Virus record (IMG/VR): IMGVR_UViG_3300042691_003004
From: an uncultured virus (IMG/VR IMGVR_UViG_3300042691_003004)
Taxonomy: Duplodnaviria > Heunggongvirae > Uroviricota > Caudoviricetes
Direction: 5' to 3' (one strand)
Length of the DNA: 64,000 bases
Position 1 is the stretch's first letter. Each line of letters starts with the position of its first letter. The notes below the pieces were generated by a model. The model was given only the letters and a program-made list of their open reading frames with translations. It was not told the DNA's origin and ran no database searches. Shown here one piece after another: positions 45,686-56,186 of the stretch. A program made the translations under genes and the position numbers.

Positions 45686-47575
45686 TTACTTACCTTTCAT
45701 GTACTTATCGACCAGCGCCTTGTCTGCGGCGGATAAATCTGCCGCTGATTTACTGCCACTTATCTGCGAACGATATACGTCCATACGCGCACGAACAATA
45801 TCTTCTAGGTCATTCAACTCTTTACGTTTCGCATCTAGCTCGGCTTGTTCTTCTTTAGTAAACCCCTTGACATTTATTGCCCGTTTTTGTTCAAGCACCT
45901 TGATGGCAGCGGCAACATCAGTTTTCTGTAGCGCTTCAAGCCCACGCTGCTCTAGCCGGTTAACATCCTGCAAAAGGCGTCCACGGTGCGCTTCTGACGT
46001 TTGCGATTGCATCGCCTGCTTAATTTCCAACTGGATGCGATTACTATCGGCTGCGATCTTCTCACGTGAATCGCGGTCGAGCTTACCCTCAACCTGCTTG
46101 AAGTTACGATCAAGTTCACCTTCAACACGCTTATAGCCTGCTTCCAAACCACTACGCTGCCCAGCAGCAGCCTCCCGCAACGCAGCGAGACCACCTTCAA
46201 TGCTGGGCTTGATACCTTCGCGTTCCAAGCTAACCAGACCTTCGCGGCCCTTCTGCATCGCCTCAAAGTCTTTTAAGCGCTGCTCACGTTGTGCGCGCTC
46301 CGTGCCCAAGGACGCTTGTGCTCCGGCACCAAGAACTCCATACCGACGACCCCCTGCACCGGTCAAGAAGGAGATCAACTGGTCCTCCCGCATCTTCTCC
46401 CGGTTATACGCTTCGTCAAACATCTTCTGACGCTCAGCGCTGCCTTTTTCATATACGGCGCGTTGCTCGGGAGTTAGCGCAAAAGCCCTGCGAATTTCTT
46501 CTTGTTTTTGCCGGTCAGCCTCTTGCGGGTTTCTACGCATCAAATCAGCAGCAGTCGTGTCCACGAGCCCAGCCAGCCCCATAGCAGGAGCGTTCATTGA
46601 CGGCGCAGTCGGAGGCGTCGGAGTGGCAGAGGGAGCCGCAGGAGTAGTAGGCGCAGCGGCGGTGGGGGGAGCCGGGGGGCGCGGCGGTGCAGCGGCTGCG
46701 GGAGGCGTAGCGACTGTGGGGGGCGTAGCGACTGCGGGCGGTTGTACGGGCTGTCTTAGCCGAGCCGTTTCAGCAGGGGATTCGTTTAACGCCGCCTCTG
46801 TGGCGGCTTCTGCTCTTTGAAAACGTCCAGCCGCACCTAAATCCTGACGACTCATAACTGGCCGATCTAACCCAGCCGCAGAAGTTTCTGCGCTATAACT
46901 TCTTTGCGCCTCTGCTAATGCTGTTTCGGCTGCACGTAATTCTTCTTGCGCAGCGCGGAATCCTTCAGGGTCTTGTTGTCGTTGACGTAAGCCGTACTTA
47001 TATAGCGCCTCTTGCGCAGTTCGACGACGTTCACGGGCTTTATCTACATCACCACCACTTGAAAACGCAACAATGCCACCAGCGGCCATCATCTTAGGCT
47101 GTGCAGCGGCCTGAGCACCGGGCGCGCGAGCAATCCCACTCATGAGCTTTTGCATCATGCCTTGCTGTTGTGCTTGCTGCTGTTGGGCGGTCTCACCCCG
47201 CTGCTGTGCCAACTCGTTCTTAGTCATTTCCATGACTTCTTTTTCGCGCTGTTGCGCAATAGTCATGGGAGTTTCGCCTTGCGCGGCTTGCTGTTGACCC
47301 ATGGCCAACTGCATCTGCCGAGCGGCAGCTTCTTTTTCTGACTTAATCTTTTGCAGCGCCAGTAGGTCAAGGAGGTCTTGCGACATCTGATAGCGCTGTT
47401 GCAAGGGTGCGGGGTTACCCCGGTATGCGGCCACGCGGTCTTCAACCGAACCAAGTCCCGCCATGGGGCTAGCCTTGTTGGGAGAAGGCATCGGCTGTTG
47501 TGGTTGTTGAGGCTGCTGCGGTGGGCGTCCCTGAGCCATGAGCCCCATGATTCCTTGTGCGTTTGGTGCTTGCAT
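45686..47575 (-). CDS. Internal virion protein
   Basis: Q/A-rich helical; MAAGGIVAFSSGG; position. Confidence 0.6.
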   Translation of the reverse strand: MQAPNAQGIMGLMAQGRPPQQPQQPQQPMPSPNKASPMAGLGSVEDRVAAYRGNPAPLQQRYQMSQDLLDLLALQKIKSEKEAAARQMQLAMGQQQAAQGETPMTIAQQREKEVMEMTKNELAQQRGETAQQQQAQQQGMMQKLMSGIARAPGAQAAAQPKMMAAGGIVAFSSGGDVDKARERRRTAQEALYKYGLRQRQQDPEGFRAAQEELRAAETALAEAQRSYSAETSAAGLDRPVMSRQDLGAAGRFQRAEAATEAALNESPAETARLRQPVQPPAVATPPTVATPPAAAAPPRPPAPPTAAAPTTPAAPSATPTPPTAPSMNAPAMGLAGLVDTTAADLMRRNPQEADRQKQEEIRRAFALTPEQRAVYEKGSAERQKMFDEAYNREKMREDQLISFLTGAGGRRYGVLGAGAQASLGTERAQREQRLKDFEAMQKGREGLVSLEREGIKPSIEGGLAALREAAAGQRSGLEAGYKRVEGELDRNFKQVEGKLDRDSREKIAADSNRIQLEIKQAMQSQTSEAHRGRLLQDVNRLEQRGLEALQKTDVAAAIKVLEQKRAINVKGFTKEEQAELDAKRKELNDLEDIVRARMDVYRSQISGSKSAADLSAADKALVDKYMKGK

Positions 47576-47584
47576 AGTATGTCC

Positions 47585-48526
47585 TTAAGGGCCAGTCGTG
47601 CCGGATGAAGCGGGAGCGGGAGCCGGAGCGGGAGCCGGAGCGGGAGCCGGAGCGGGGGCCGGAGCGGGGGCCGGAGCGGGGGCCGGAGCTGGAGCAGCAG
47701 GCGCAGCGTCTGGGAACAAGAGCCTGTACAGTTGCATCAACCCACCAGACTCACTGAGCATTTGTGATATTGCACTAGGTTGTGAGTACGAGTAAGTTTG
47801 CGCAGCCAGCGGCAACCCTTGAAGGAGCGACTGCATGTACTGCACTTGCTTGTACGGGTAGTCACGTTCTTCTTGGAACTGCTTGAGGTCCGCCGCAATA
47901 CCCTCTTGCTCGATAGCACGCTCTTGCGCACCAAGTTCGGCTTGTTTGCCAAGCGCCGCAAGGCCATAGTTTTGAGCAGCGGCAGTAGCTTGCTGCCTTT
48001 GATCTTGTTCCCGATTGAACTGGGCCATGGCCTGATCGTAGGCTGTTTTGTACCCCTGCCCGGTTATGTTGGACAGGTTAGCCAACAAGGCGCGGTCGCC
48101 CTCAGATTCCATGACTGCCTGCCGACCACCCCCAAACGCACCGGCCCGCGTAAGCCGGGCAGCGTTATTCATACGTTGAATGTCTGCTTGCCGACGAGCT
48201 TCTGCAATCTGGGGGTCCAGCGCCGCAGTCAAATACGGGTTCATCAACCGTTGCGCTTCTTGCGCTGAGAACTGAGTAGGCGTAAACGCCTTCATCTGCT
48301 CGGTGGGGATAGTCAGCCCCGCAATACCTTGAAACGCAGTCTGCTGAGTACCTGACGGCCCCGCAGTTAGGGGGCCTTGGTACGCTTTATAGTCTTGCTC
48401 GGCAAGAGCTTGACCCTTACCCAACATACCGGTGACATAATCACCGGCCCAGTTTGATAGTGAGGATTCGGTGCCAGTTTGCTGGCCCACACCAGTGTTG
48501 GCAGAACTTGCGGCGTTATCAGGCAT
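47585..48526 (-). CDS. Internal virion / DNA transfer protein
   Basis: LMNPY, AGAFGGGRQAV, QF.EERDYP; (AP)n tail. Confidence 0.6.
   Translation of the reverse strand: MPDNAASSANTGVGQQTGTESSLSNWAGDYVTGMLGKGQALAEQDYKAYQGPLTAGPSGTQQTAFQGIAGLTIPTEQMKAFTPTQFSAQEAQRLMNPYLTAALDPQIAEARRQADIQRMNNAARLTRAGAFGGGRQAVMESEGDRALLANLSNITGQGYKTAYDQAMAQFNREQDQRQQATAAAQNYGLAALGKQAELGAQERAIEQEGIAADLKQFQEERDYPYKQVQYMQSLLQGLPLAAQTYSYSQPSAISQMLSESGGLMQLYRLLFPDAAPAAPAPAPAPAPAPAPAPAPAPAPAPAPAPASSGTTGP
47608..47692. repeat. 12-bp tandem repeat encoding (Ala-Pro)n
   Basis: GGAGCGGGRGCC repeated. Confidence 0.9.
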
Positions 48527-48534
48527 GGTTTACC

Positions 48535-49515
48535 TCACACAGGGAGAAACTTATTCGGGTTAATCTGTTTGCCCTGTTTGGTATTACCAGTACGGGCCTT
48601 GCGGATTCGCTCCATCATTTCATAGAGACGTTTAGCACCAGCCTCCGAGTTGCCGTTGCCAAGATGGCCAACAACATCTGCTGGGATGACGAACTCACCG
48701 TGGCTCAACCTAGCTTCCTGTTTCCCATCGATTCGTGCGGGAATTTTATCAGCCATGCCATCGGTTGCGCCACCTAAATATCGGCCTTGGGCAAGCGCAG
48801 TGATACCCCCATCCGCATACTTCGGCACGGGTTTATCTTGAATAACACTAGATGCCGCACGGGGTGGCTCTCGCACTTCTTCAGAAACCTGCCCACGTTC
48901 AACCGCCGCAGTCGTGGGGCTGCGTTCTTCCCGCGCTAAATTAGCCCGATTTATAGCAGCGAGCCCGGCGGCTTGTTCTTTGGCAGCGGCGCGTTTCGTA
49001 GTAGCTTCTTCTGACGCTGGGGCCGCATACGCTATGTCACTAAAGTACCGCTGACCACCACTGCCCGGACGCCGGGTGGGGTCATATTGACTACCTTCAA
49101 CGGATTCACGGATTGCTTCAAGTTTGGGAATCTTGCCTTGATAGCCGGTCTTTTCTTGGGGGCGCGTAGATTGATACAGGCCATACAGCCCACCTGCGGC
49201 AGCAGCTACTTTCTTCCAGTCGGTCGAACCATCAGACTTCGTAAACGCCCCGACAAGCTGTTTGGCGACGCTGGACCCTAGCCTTGATAGTTGATTACCT
49301 ATCGTTAATTGTTCGTTTTCAGTCAGATAACGCAAATCATATGGCGTACCTGTTGGGTCGGTCCAAACCCCGTTCAAGTAAGACCAACCAGTCATAGACT
49401 GCGTGCCGGACGTGTTATCTAGCGGTCCAGTATTTTGTGGCCCCCTACTTATTTCTTCTCCGGAGTCGTCAGTTGTAACGTACTCACCCGTGGTCTCGTC
49501 GTAATAGCCCGCCAT
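48535..49515 (-). CDS. Internal virion protein with YADGG...DGMADKIPA...LSHGEFVIPA domain
   Basis: Motif recognition; context. Confidence 0.6.
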   Translation of the reverse strand: MAGYYDETTGEYVTTDDSGEEISRGPQNTGPLDNTSGTQSMTGWSYLNGVWTDPTGTPYDLRYLTENEQLTIGNQLSRLGSSVAKQLVGAFTKSDGSTDWKKVAAAAGGLYGLYQSTRPQEKTGYQGKIPKLEAIRESVEGSQYDPTRRPGSGGQRYFSDIAYAAPASEEATTKRAAAKEQAAGLAAINRANLAREERSPTTAAVERGQVSEEVREPPRAASSVIQDKPVPKYADGGITALAQGRYLGGATDGMADKIPARIDGKQEARLSHGEFVIPADVVGHLGNGNSEAGAKRLYEMMERIRKARTGNTKQGKQINPNKFLPV

Positions 49516-49516
49516 A

Positions 49517-52500
49517 TCAACCCCTCAGAAGTTTCAGCAGTTCGTCGTTAACATCATCCATTTCATCTCGCACGACGCCCCCTTGGGCATAGGCTCCGTA
49601 TGGTGACGCAAACATCTTTTGCTGCTGCGGATTCGCAAAGATGCTACTCCAGTCGTAAATGTACCCAATCTTGGCTGGATCAGCCTGTTTTACCGTAACT
49701 TGTTGACCGCCAAGGTCCTGAGCTTGGCTGAGCATATTTAGCAGGGTATTGAACCCGCCTCGCCGCTGCGTCGTTAGCGTTTGTGCCGCATTAGCCCGTG
49801 CAAGCGCATCGGTACGTTCTTGCGCCGCAGTAGCAGTATCTGCAATCTGTCTTTGCAGGTCAGCCTGTGTGGTGCCCAACTGCGACAAAACATCTTTGAA
49901 CCCGGCAGCGGTATCGGCCTGCACCGCCTGAATTGCCGTGTTGAGGTCAATACCTTGTTTTGTCAGAAGGTCGGTCAGGTCTTTCTGACCTTGACTGAGC
50001 CCAGCGTACTTAGTCTGAAGGTCAGTTTGAAGGTCAGTAATTTGCTTTTGTGCGGTCTGCGCAGCAGTGCCGATTGCCGCATAGACTCCCGTAGCGGGCA
50101 CAACATTGCCATTCTGGTCAATCGTCTGCGGCGTGCCGATCTGGCTTTGAATGTCCGTCTTGGTTTTGCCAAGCTGTAACGAAACATCATCAATAGCTCG
50201 GCTTAGCGCGTCATCCCGCTTGATGCCCGCCGCTTCATACTCAGCTACCTTGTCGAGTACGGTTTTTTGCACCGTGGCGGCGGACGTTTCCAGCGCCGCG
50301 TAGATACCGGTAGCCGGTACGGCCTTACCTTGTGCATCAACAGATGCAGGAGTGCCGATCTGCCCAAGGATTGAGGCTTCTGTAAGCCCTAGCGCATCTG
50401 ATACATCCTTGACCGCCGCAGCCAGTGCATCATCACGCTTTAACCCTGCGGCTTCATACTCAGCAACCTTATCGAGTACGTTCTTTTGTACCCCAGCTAA
50501 TCCCGTTTCAAGCGTTTTGTATATGCCGGTTGCGGCAACTACGTTGCCACTCGCGTCGGTCGTTGCAGGTGTACCGATCTGTTCAAGAATTTCTGTCTTG
50601 GACTTACCAACACTTGCCGCTACATCGGTGACCGCTTTGTCTAACGCTACATCCCGCCTGATACCCGCCGCCTCGTACTCGGCCATCTTATCGAGTACGT
50701 TCTTTTGTACGCTAGCCAGCCCTGTTTCGAGCGCTTTGTACACCCCAGTTGCAGCGATAGGGTTACCGTCTGCATCGACGGTTGCGGGTGCGCCAATCTG
50801 CCCAAGAATTTCTGTTTTGGACTTACCAACACTTGCAGCTACGTCGGTGATGGCTTTATCCAGTGCCTCATCACGTTTAATACCCGCAGCTTCGTACTCG
50901 GCCATTTTGTCGAGTACGTTCTTTTGCACCGCCGCAACGTCTTTGGAGGTTGCATAACCTTCCAACGCCAGCTCGACTGCGGTCTTTACATCATCCGTAG
51001 TCGTCAGGTCTGCTGTTGCATTGGTGACAACTTCAATAACATCGTCGATGTTGAGGCCGGGGTTGGCCTCCATGTACGTCTTGATAGTGTCTGCGACATC
51101 AGTCTTACTAATCCCGGGAGGGAACTTGATGTTGGCAATTGCAGTGTCGATATCTTCTTTAGTGGCAAACCCTTTGGTAGCCTCAGTAATTGCTGCTGAT
51201 ACATCCGCCTTATTGAGCGGCGGGTTGTCTGTCATGTACTGAGCGATAGCGGCGGTAACGTCTTTCGCGTTCAGCCCCGGGTTGTCCGTCATGTACTTGG
51301 AAATCGCTGCGCTCACATCCTCCTTACTAATGCCAGCCGGGAACTTGATGTTGGCAATCGCAGTATCAATGTCAGCCTTAGTAGCAAAGCCTTTGGTAGC
51401 CTCAGTAATGGTGTCCTTAACATCTTTCGACGTGGCTAGACCTTTTACCGCCTCATTGACGACATTTGTGACATCCGTGGCGTTGAGCCCCGGGTTGTCC
51501 GTCATGTACTTGGTGATTGCGTCAGTGACATCCTGTTGGGTCAAGTTGTCCTTCTGCGACAACGACTCAATCTGTGCAAGCACCGAGTTGTACCGCGCAG
51601 GCTCAAGATTTGCCTCAGCTTTAGCCGCAAGATCAGCTTGCGAGTACTGCCCCACCAGCTTCTGCACGTCTGCATCGGTAGGCTGCTTTAGCCCAAGCGC
51701 GGCGTATGCGTCACGTACTTCCTGCGCACTCACCATGTTTTTGTCGGCGTACTCAGCGATTTTTGTCGCTTGCTCAGCCTCGTTGACTTGGCCAACAAAT
51801 GTACGCACCTCAGCGTCAGTCGGGTTGTAGCCCCTTTCGGTGAGGTACTTTTTAGCCTCATCAAACGTAACTTGGATGGGGTTGATGTACTCACTGATTG
51901 CTTTGCTAGCGTCTTCTTCGGCGCGTGGCCCCGGCGTAGTCCAGCCAGTTTCGGTAGCCGGTACGGGAACGTCGCTTCGTCCACTTGCAGCTTTGAGCAA
52001 GTTCAGTGCATCTACTGCACTAATTGTCCCATCACCATTCCAGTCATACTTTGGGTCATATTTTGCGCTACCACGTTTAACCCCAAAGCGCGCCCTAGCA
52101 GCATCAACATCCGCTCGGGTCGGCAATCCTAGTTTTGTAGTGAACTGCTGAACTTCAGCGTCAGTTGGCACAAACCCACGATCCGTGAAAAATTTCTTGG
52201 CTTCGTCAAACGTCGTAGACGTGGGGTCAAGTGTTGCTGCAAGTTTTGCCGACAACGCCGCTTCGTCACCTTGCTGTACGTATGTCTGCGCTTGATATTC
52301 AGTAAGCTGGATGCCTTCTTTCTTAGCAATCTCTACCACTTCTTTGGCGTCGAGCTTGTTCTGGTCAACAAACTTGTTGATGTTTGTGAACGTTAACGTG
52401 TCAGCAAGCTGACCCACAAACCCCTTAACGGTGTTTTCGTCAGGCACAAAATTACTGGCGCGGAAAATTTCAGCTACCGCAGACTCAGACAACACATCCG

Positions 52501-55500
52501 TGGATCGCACGGCAGTCTGTGCACCGCCTAAAATGTCGCTGAGCTTGACGTTCATGTCCCCAAGATTGACGGTGGAACGTAAATCAACCAATGGGGTTAA
52601 ATCGGCTAAGTCGGCGTTGGCCGTTGGGTTACTAAAATCCGCAACACTTGTAGCGGTTACAAGCTCTGCCAACGTGACGTTGTTGCCTTTTGAATCTCTG
52701 GCAACCACCGTGTCGTACTTCAACGGCGTAACACTAACGCTAGACTCATCACGCAACGCGGTAGATGCGTTGCGCAAGTTGTTAAGCATGGTAGCCGAGC
52801 TAGTCGTACCGCCTACAGCAACCGCCGTCGCAATAACCGTGTCGCCAATTGCCTTAGTGTAGTCAGCAAGTGTGGCGTTCTGAGCAAGACCGAACGACGC
52901 CATCTTGTCAAAAGTAAGCTGCGCAATCGTCGTTGCAATCTCTGTGCCCTGCTCGATACCCATACCAGCGGCGTTTCGTTTGACAGCCGCAACAAACGCT
53001 TCAGTGCCACCGTTCAAAGGCACCCCTTGCATGAGTTTATTCATGCCTGGGATACCGAGTTTTTCAAACGCCATCTCAAAAGAAGTCATTGCCGCTGTAC
53101 GGATAGCGTTTTCGGCATCTGTAAGTTTGCGGTACTCAAACACCCCGTTTTTACGCGCTTCTTCCGCACTGGAAAATGAATTGCCTCGGCTATCGATAAC
53201 AGCGCTACCACCTTCAACCCATGAGTTGTTGGCAGTAATGGAGCCGGTGGTCAGCATTAGCGCAACGGGGCCTCCGACATAGAACGTGCCAAACGATTCG
53301 ATGAACGACGCAATACCCGCAGCTACAGGGCGCTCCATGCCCACCAGCTTTGACATCTCGGTGTCGCGTTTCTCGGCAAACAATTGCTGCATGTTGTTCA
53401 CAGCGGCAGTGTCTAGTCCAAGCGCTTTACCCGCCCACTCTGCTCCCCGCGCTACAACACCACCGATATCCGTAGCTACTGCGGTAAGCCCTGCTTTGAC
53501 TATTTGAGAATAGTTGGTGTAGTCCGAGGCTTTGATTTCCCCCGAGCTTGGAATAATTGACGTAGCAGTACCTTTAGCTTTGATTGCATCTGGGGCTTCT
53601 TTGAGCACCGTGGCGATGACGTTATACGTCATGCTGTCAGCGCCCTTGAGCATCTGCTGCCGCTGGGCGTCAGTAGCGTTTAGGTACGAGTTGATAAAGC
53701 CTTGATACTCAGCCTTAGTCAAATCCGCCGGGTTGATATTGTCATAGTCTTTGATGTTGTTGAGGATACGGTTGCTAACGTACTGCGTAACATCGTCTGT
53801 GACCTTGACCATTGACCCTGCATTTGCGGCAGCGGCAGCTTCTTCTTTTGTCTGGGTAGTAAACGAAGTTGTTTTACCAGTCTCGGGATTGGTCCAGTCA
53901 AACTTAGCACCGGGGCCAAGAGTTTTACGTGCCATCGAGAACGCTTCACCAAACGTAGCCGCGCCCTTGATCTTATCTTTGGTTTCAGCGTCAGACAGAA
54001 TCTTGTAAGTGTTGCCGTCTGGCCCCATGAAATACGTACGCCCCATAGCCGCAGCATTTTTTTGTGCAGCCGCAACTGATGCGTAGTTGGTGCCATCGAA
54101 CACTTCGTCCTTGGGTACAGCGGTGGGGCTAGATTTATCAACAGCAGTGCTTGTTGCCGTATTGTTCACAAGTCCTTTTGCTGCCTCGTTATTCGTGGGC
54201 AAGCCTTTGAACTGTCCTTCCTCAAGGAAGTGAGCATATACGTCGACATCGGCACCCAGCCCGTTGATCTTGCGGTATTCGTCAGCTTTGAACTCAGGGT
54301 TCATAGCCTCAACAAACGCACGGTTGCTGGTGAAGTAGATCGGATCAAGCGCAGCGGTCAGGTTATCAATAGCGTTTTTGAACCCGCTCATTGAGTTGGT
54401 GTACCCCGTAGTCAACTCATCATGGTCCGACTGTAACCCTTTTAGTTTTGTGCTGTACGCATCGAGATTGGGCCGATAAAACTCCGCGTAGTCTTTGTTC
54501 AGCGCCGTGGTGTACGCATCTGCCGTATTTTTTGCCGCTATAGCTGCATCGTAGTTAGCCTGCGTTTTATCGTTGTTGTACGTATTGATAGCAGCGTTTG
54601 CAAGGCCAGCAAGGCGGCTTTGCTCTGTGATACGAATATCGATCTGTGACTTCAGGTTGTTGTAATCATCTGCAACAGCTTCTTGGTCCGAGATATTTTT
54701 CTCAAGAGCCTCAGATTTTTTAACGACTTCGGTGTACTTAGTTGTAGTGTTCGTTGCAGTGCTTTTGAAAGTGCCGTTGATCATCTCACCAAGCGCTTGC
54801 GAACCAGCCTTGAGCAACGCGCCTTTTACAACGCTTGAAGGTTGCCCCCCATTGATAGCTACGCTGGCCGTGTTCATCAACACGTCGGTCACAATTGCAG
54901 TCTGGGTGGGGTCGAGCTTAGCTTTAGCAGTACCGTTATCGGGGTCAACCTGCTTGATAATGTCTTTGACGATATTGGCCCCAGAAATGAGGCCCATAAT
55001 GGCAGCGTTACTTACGTTACCACCGCTTAACGCAGCACCAACCCCGCTAGAGATTGCACTTGCAGCGGCTGGGTTTGTCTTGGCAAACTCTTTGAACCCA
55101 TCAATCTGCCCAAGCGTTGCAGCCGTACCTGCGGTAACGCCACCTGTTACAAGAGCTTTGAGGGGGTCTTGCCCAGTGGCTACAGCGACGGTTGCGCTGC
55201 GTACGCCCGAAGTAACTGCGTCGGTAATGATCTTCTTGGTACCAAGCTCTGCGCCTGCTTCGGTAGCGGCTTCCCCAACAAAACTACCTGCGGCCTTACC
55301 AACGTAGCTACCAACTTGTTGTACGACGTACGCCTTGGCGGTTGCCTCCAGCACATCACCGATATCACCCCCGGCGATTGCTACATCGGCACCTTCGATT
55401 AGGGGTAGCGCCCACGAGTTGCCGGTCGCTACAGCGGCAATCTGCGCGATAGTTTTGATCGGGTCATCAAGCGCGGCCTCAATTACTCCAGATACAGTAT

Positions 55501-55606
55501 TGACCACCGGGTCAATAATTTTATCGATGACGAAGGTAACCGCTTTTTTACCTAAATCTACTACATCTTCAAATGCTTCTTCTACCTTACTTACGACCCA
55601 ACTCAT
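49517..55606 (-). CDS. Giant repeat-containing virion protein (2029 aa)
   Basis: Long ORF; 73-aa repeats; dockerin-like loop. Confidence 0.7.
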   Translation of the reverse strand: MSWVVSKVEEAFEDVVDLGKKAVTFVIDKIIDPVVNTVSGVIEAALDDPIKTIAQIAAVATGNSWALPLIEGADVAIAGGDIGDVLEATAKAYVVQQVGSYVGKAAGSFVGEAATEAGAELGTKKIITDAVTSGVRSATVAVATGQDPLKALVTGGVTAGTAATLGQIDGFKEFAKTNPAAASAISSGVGAALSGGNVSNAAIMGLISGANIVKDIIKQVDPDNGTAKAKLDPTQTAIVTDVLMNTASVAINGGQPSSVVKGALLKAGSQALGEMINGTFKSTATNTTTKYTEVVKKSEALEKNISDQEAVADDYNNLKSQIDIRITEQSRLAGLANAAINTYNNDKTQANYDAAIAAKNTADAYTTALNKDYAEFYRPNLDAYSTKLKGLQSDHDELTTGYTNSMSGFKNAIDNLTAALDPIYFTSNRAFVEAMNPEFKADEYRKINGLGADVDVYAHFLEEGQFKGLPTNNEAAKGLVNNTATSTAVDKSSPTAVPKDEVFDGTNYASVAAAQKNAAAMGRTYFMGPDGNTYKILSDAETKDKIKGAATFGEAFSMARKTLGPGAKFDWTNPETGKTTSFTTQTKEEAAAAANAGSMVKVTDDVTQYVSNRILNNIKDYDNINPADLTKAEYQGFINSYLNATDAQRQQMLKGADSMTYNVIATVLKEAPDAIKAKGTATSIIPSSGEIKASDYTNYSQIVKAGLTAVATDIGGVVARGAEWAGKALGLDTAAVNNMQQLFAEKRDTEMSKLVGMERPVAAGIASFIESFGTFYVGGPVALMLTTGSITANNSWVEGGSAVIDSRGNSFSSAEEARKNGVFEYRKLTDAENAIRTAAMTSFEMAFEKLGIPGMNKLMQGVPLNGGTEAFVAAVKRNAAGMGIEQGTEIATTIAQLTFDKMASFGLAQNATLADYTKAIGDTVIATAVAVGGTTSSATMLNNLRNASTALRDESSVSVTPLKYDTVVARDSKGNNVTLAELVTATSVADFSNPTANADLADLTPLVDLRSTVNLGDMNVKLSDILGGAQTAVRSTDVLSESAVAEIFRASNFVPDENTVKGFVGQLADTLTFTNINKFVDQNKLDAKEVVEIAKKEGIQLTEYQAQTYVQQGDEAALSAKLAATLDPTSTTFDEAKKFFTDRGFVPTDAEVQQFTTKLGLPTRADVDAARARFGVKRGSAKYDPKYDWNGDGTISAVDALNLLKAASGRSDVPVPATETGWTTPGPRAEEDASKAISEYINPIQVTFDEAKKYLTERGYNPTDAEVRTFVGQVNEAEQATKIAEYADKNMVSAQEVRDAYAALGLKQPTDADVQKLVGQYSQADLAAKAEANLEPARYNSVLAQIESLSQKDNLTQQDVTDAITKYMTDNPGLNATDVTNVVNEAVKGLATSKDVKDTITEATKGFATKADIDTAIANIKFPAGISKEDVSAAISKYMTDNPGLNAKDVTAAIAQYMTDNPPLNKADVSAAITEATKGFATKEDIDTAIANIKFPPGISKTDVADTIKTYMEANPGLNIDDVIEVVTNATADLTTTDDVKTAVELALEGYATSKDVAAVQKNVLDKMAEYEAAGIKRDEALDKAITDVAASVGKSKTEILGQIGAPATVDADGNPIAATGVYKALETGLASVQKNVLDKMAEYEAAGIRRDVALDKAVTDVAASVGKSKTEILEQIGTPATTDASGNVVAATGIYKTLETGLAGVQKNVLDKVAEYEAAGLKRDDALAAAVKDVSDALGLTEASILGQIGTPASVDAQGKAVPATGIYAALETSAATVQKTVLDKVAEYEAAGIKRDDALSRAIDDVSLQLGKTKTDIQSQIGTPQTIDQNGNVVPATGVYAAIGTAAQTAQKQITDLQTDLQTKYAGLSQGQKDLTDLLTKQGIDLNTAIQAVQADTAAGFKDVLSQLGTTQADLQRQIADTATAAQERTDALARANAAQTLTTQRRGGFNTLLNMLSQAQDLGGQQVTVKQADPAKIGYIYDWSSIFANPQQQKMFASPYGAYAQGGVVRDEMDDVNDELLKLLRG
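50100..50950. repeat. Four 219-bp (73-aa) repeats
   Basis: TCGAGTAC anchor at 50253, 50472, 50691, 50910; boundaries approximate. Confidence 0.85.
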
Positions 55607-56109
55607 TGCGCACCCCCTTGCATAGCCTGCCGTGTTTGCGCCGCGCTAGCCATACTACCTATATCGATCACTAATGAATATCTGCCTTTATCGGGGTCGT
55701 CTGACTCATCGATATCTACAAAGTCTGCACCAAAAAGTTTTTTAGCCATACGGTACGCATTACGATCGTTTATATAGGTAAACGCAATTTGTGTGCCTTT
55801 TGATTTATTTAGCCCCAAGAAAAACAACAGCATCAAAGTTTGGTACACCTCACCCAAATCAGCCGTTATGGTATGAAATTCAACTTCACTCCAATCCTCG
55901 GCAGGTGTAACCAAAATGAGTGTATTTCTAAGTCGAAAGACCGCCCCACCATTATCAACATGCGCTTTTACTGAAAGTCTTGCGACATCGAGTGGGATTC
56001 CTTTTTTCTCGTAGTGGCGCTCCCAATCCGCTCGCACGATCTCCTCAGCCGTCAGAGTACCTTTGATGGCTGGGTTGTCTTTGTTCGATGCGTATCGCGC
56101 CAATTTCAT
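55603..56109 (-). CDS. Hypothetical protein
   Basis: ORF; ATGA overlap with the next gene. Confidence 0.6.
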   Translation of the reverse strand: MKLARYASNKDNPAIKGTLTAEEIVRADWERHYEKKGIPLDVARLSVKAHVDNGGAVFRLRNTLILVTPAEDWSEVEFHTITADLGEVYQTLMLLFFLGLNKSKGTQIAFTYINDRNAYRMAKKLFGADFVDIDESDDPDKGRYSLVIDIGSMASAAQTRQAMQGGAQ

Positions 56110-56186
56110 ATCGCGCTCACAAAAGTGTCAGTGGCTGCAAATTGTATGCTGAACTGATGATTATGGATACCAGCGCAATGCGACAT

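Noticed and set aside
39246..55606. Virion RNA polymerase using the palindromes as N4-like hairpin promoters
   Set aside because: No RNAP catalytic motif recognised in either giant protein, and strong host sigma70 promoters are present. Not formally excluded without a profile search.
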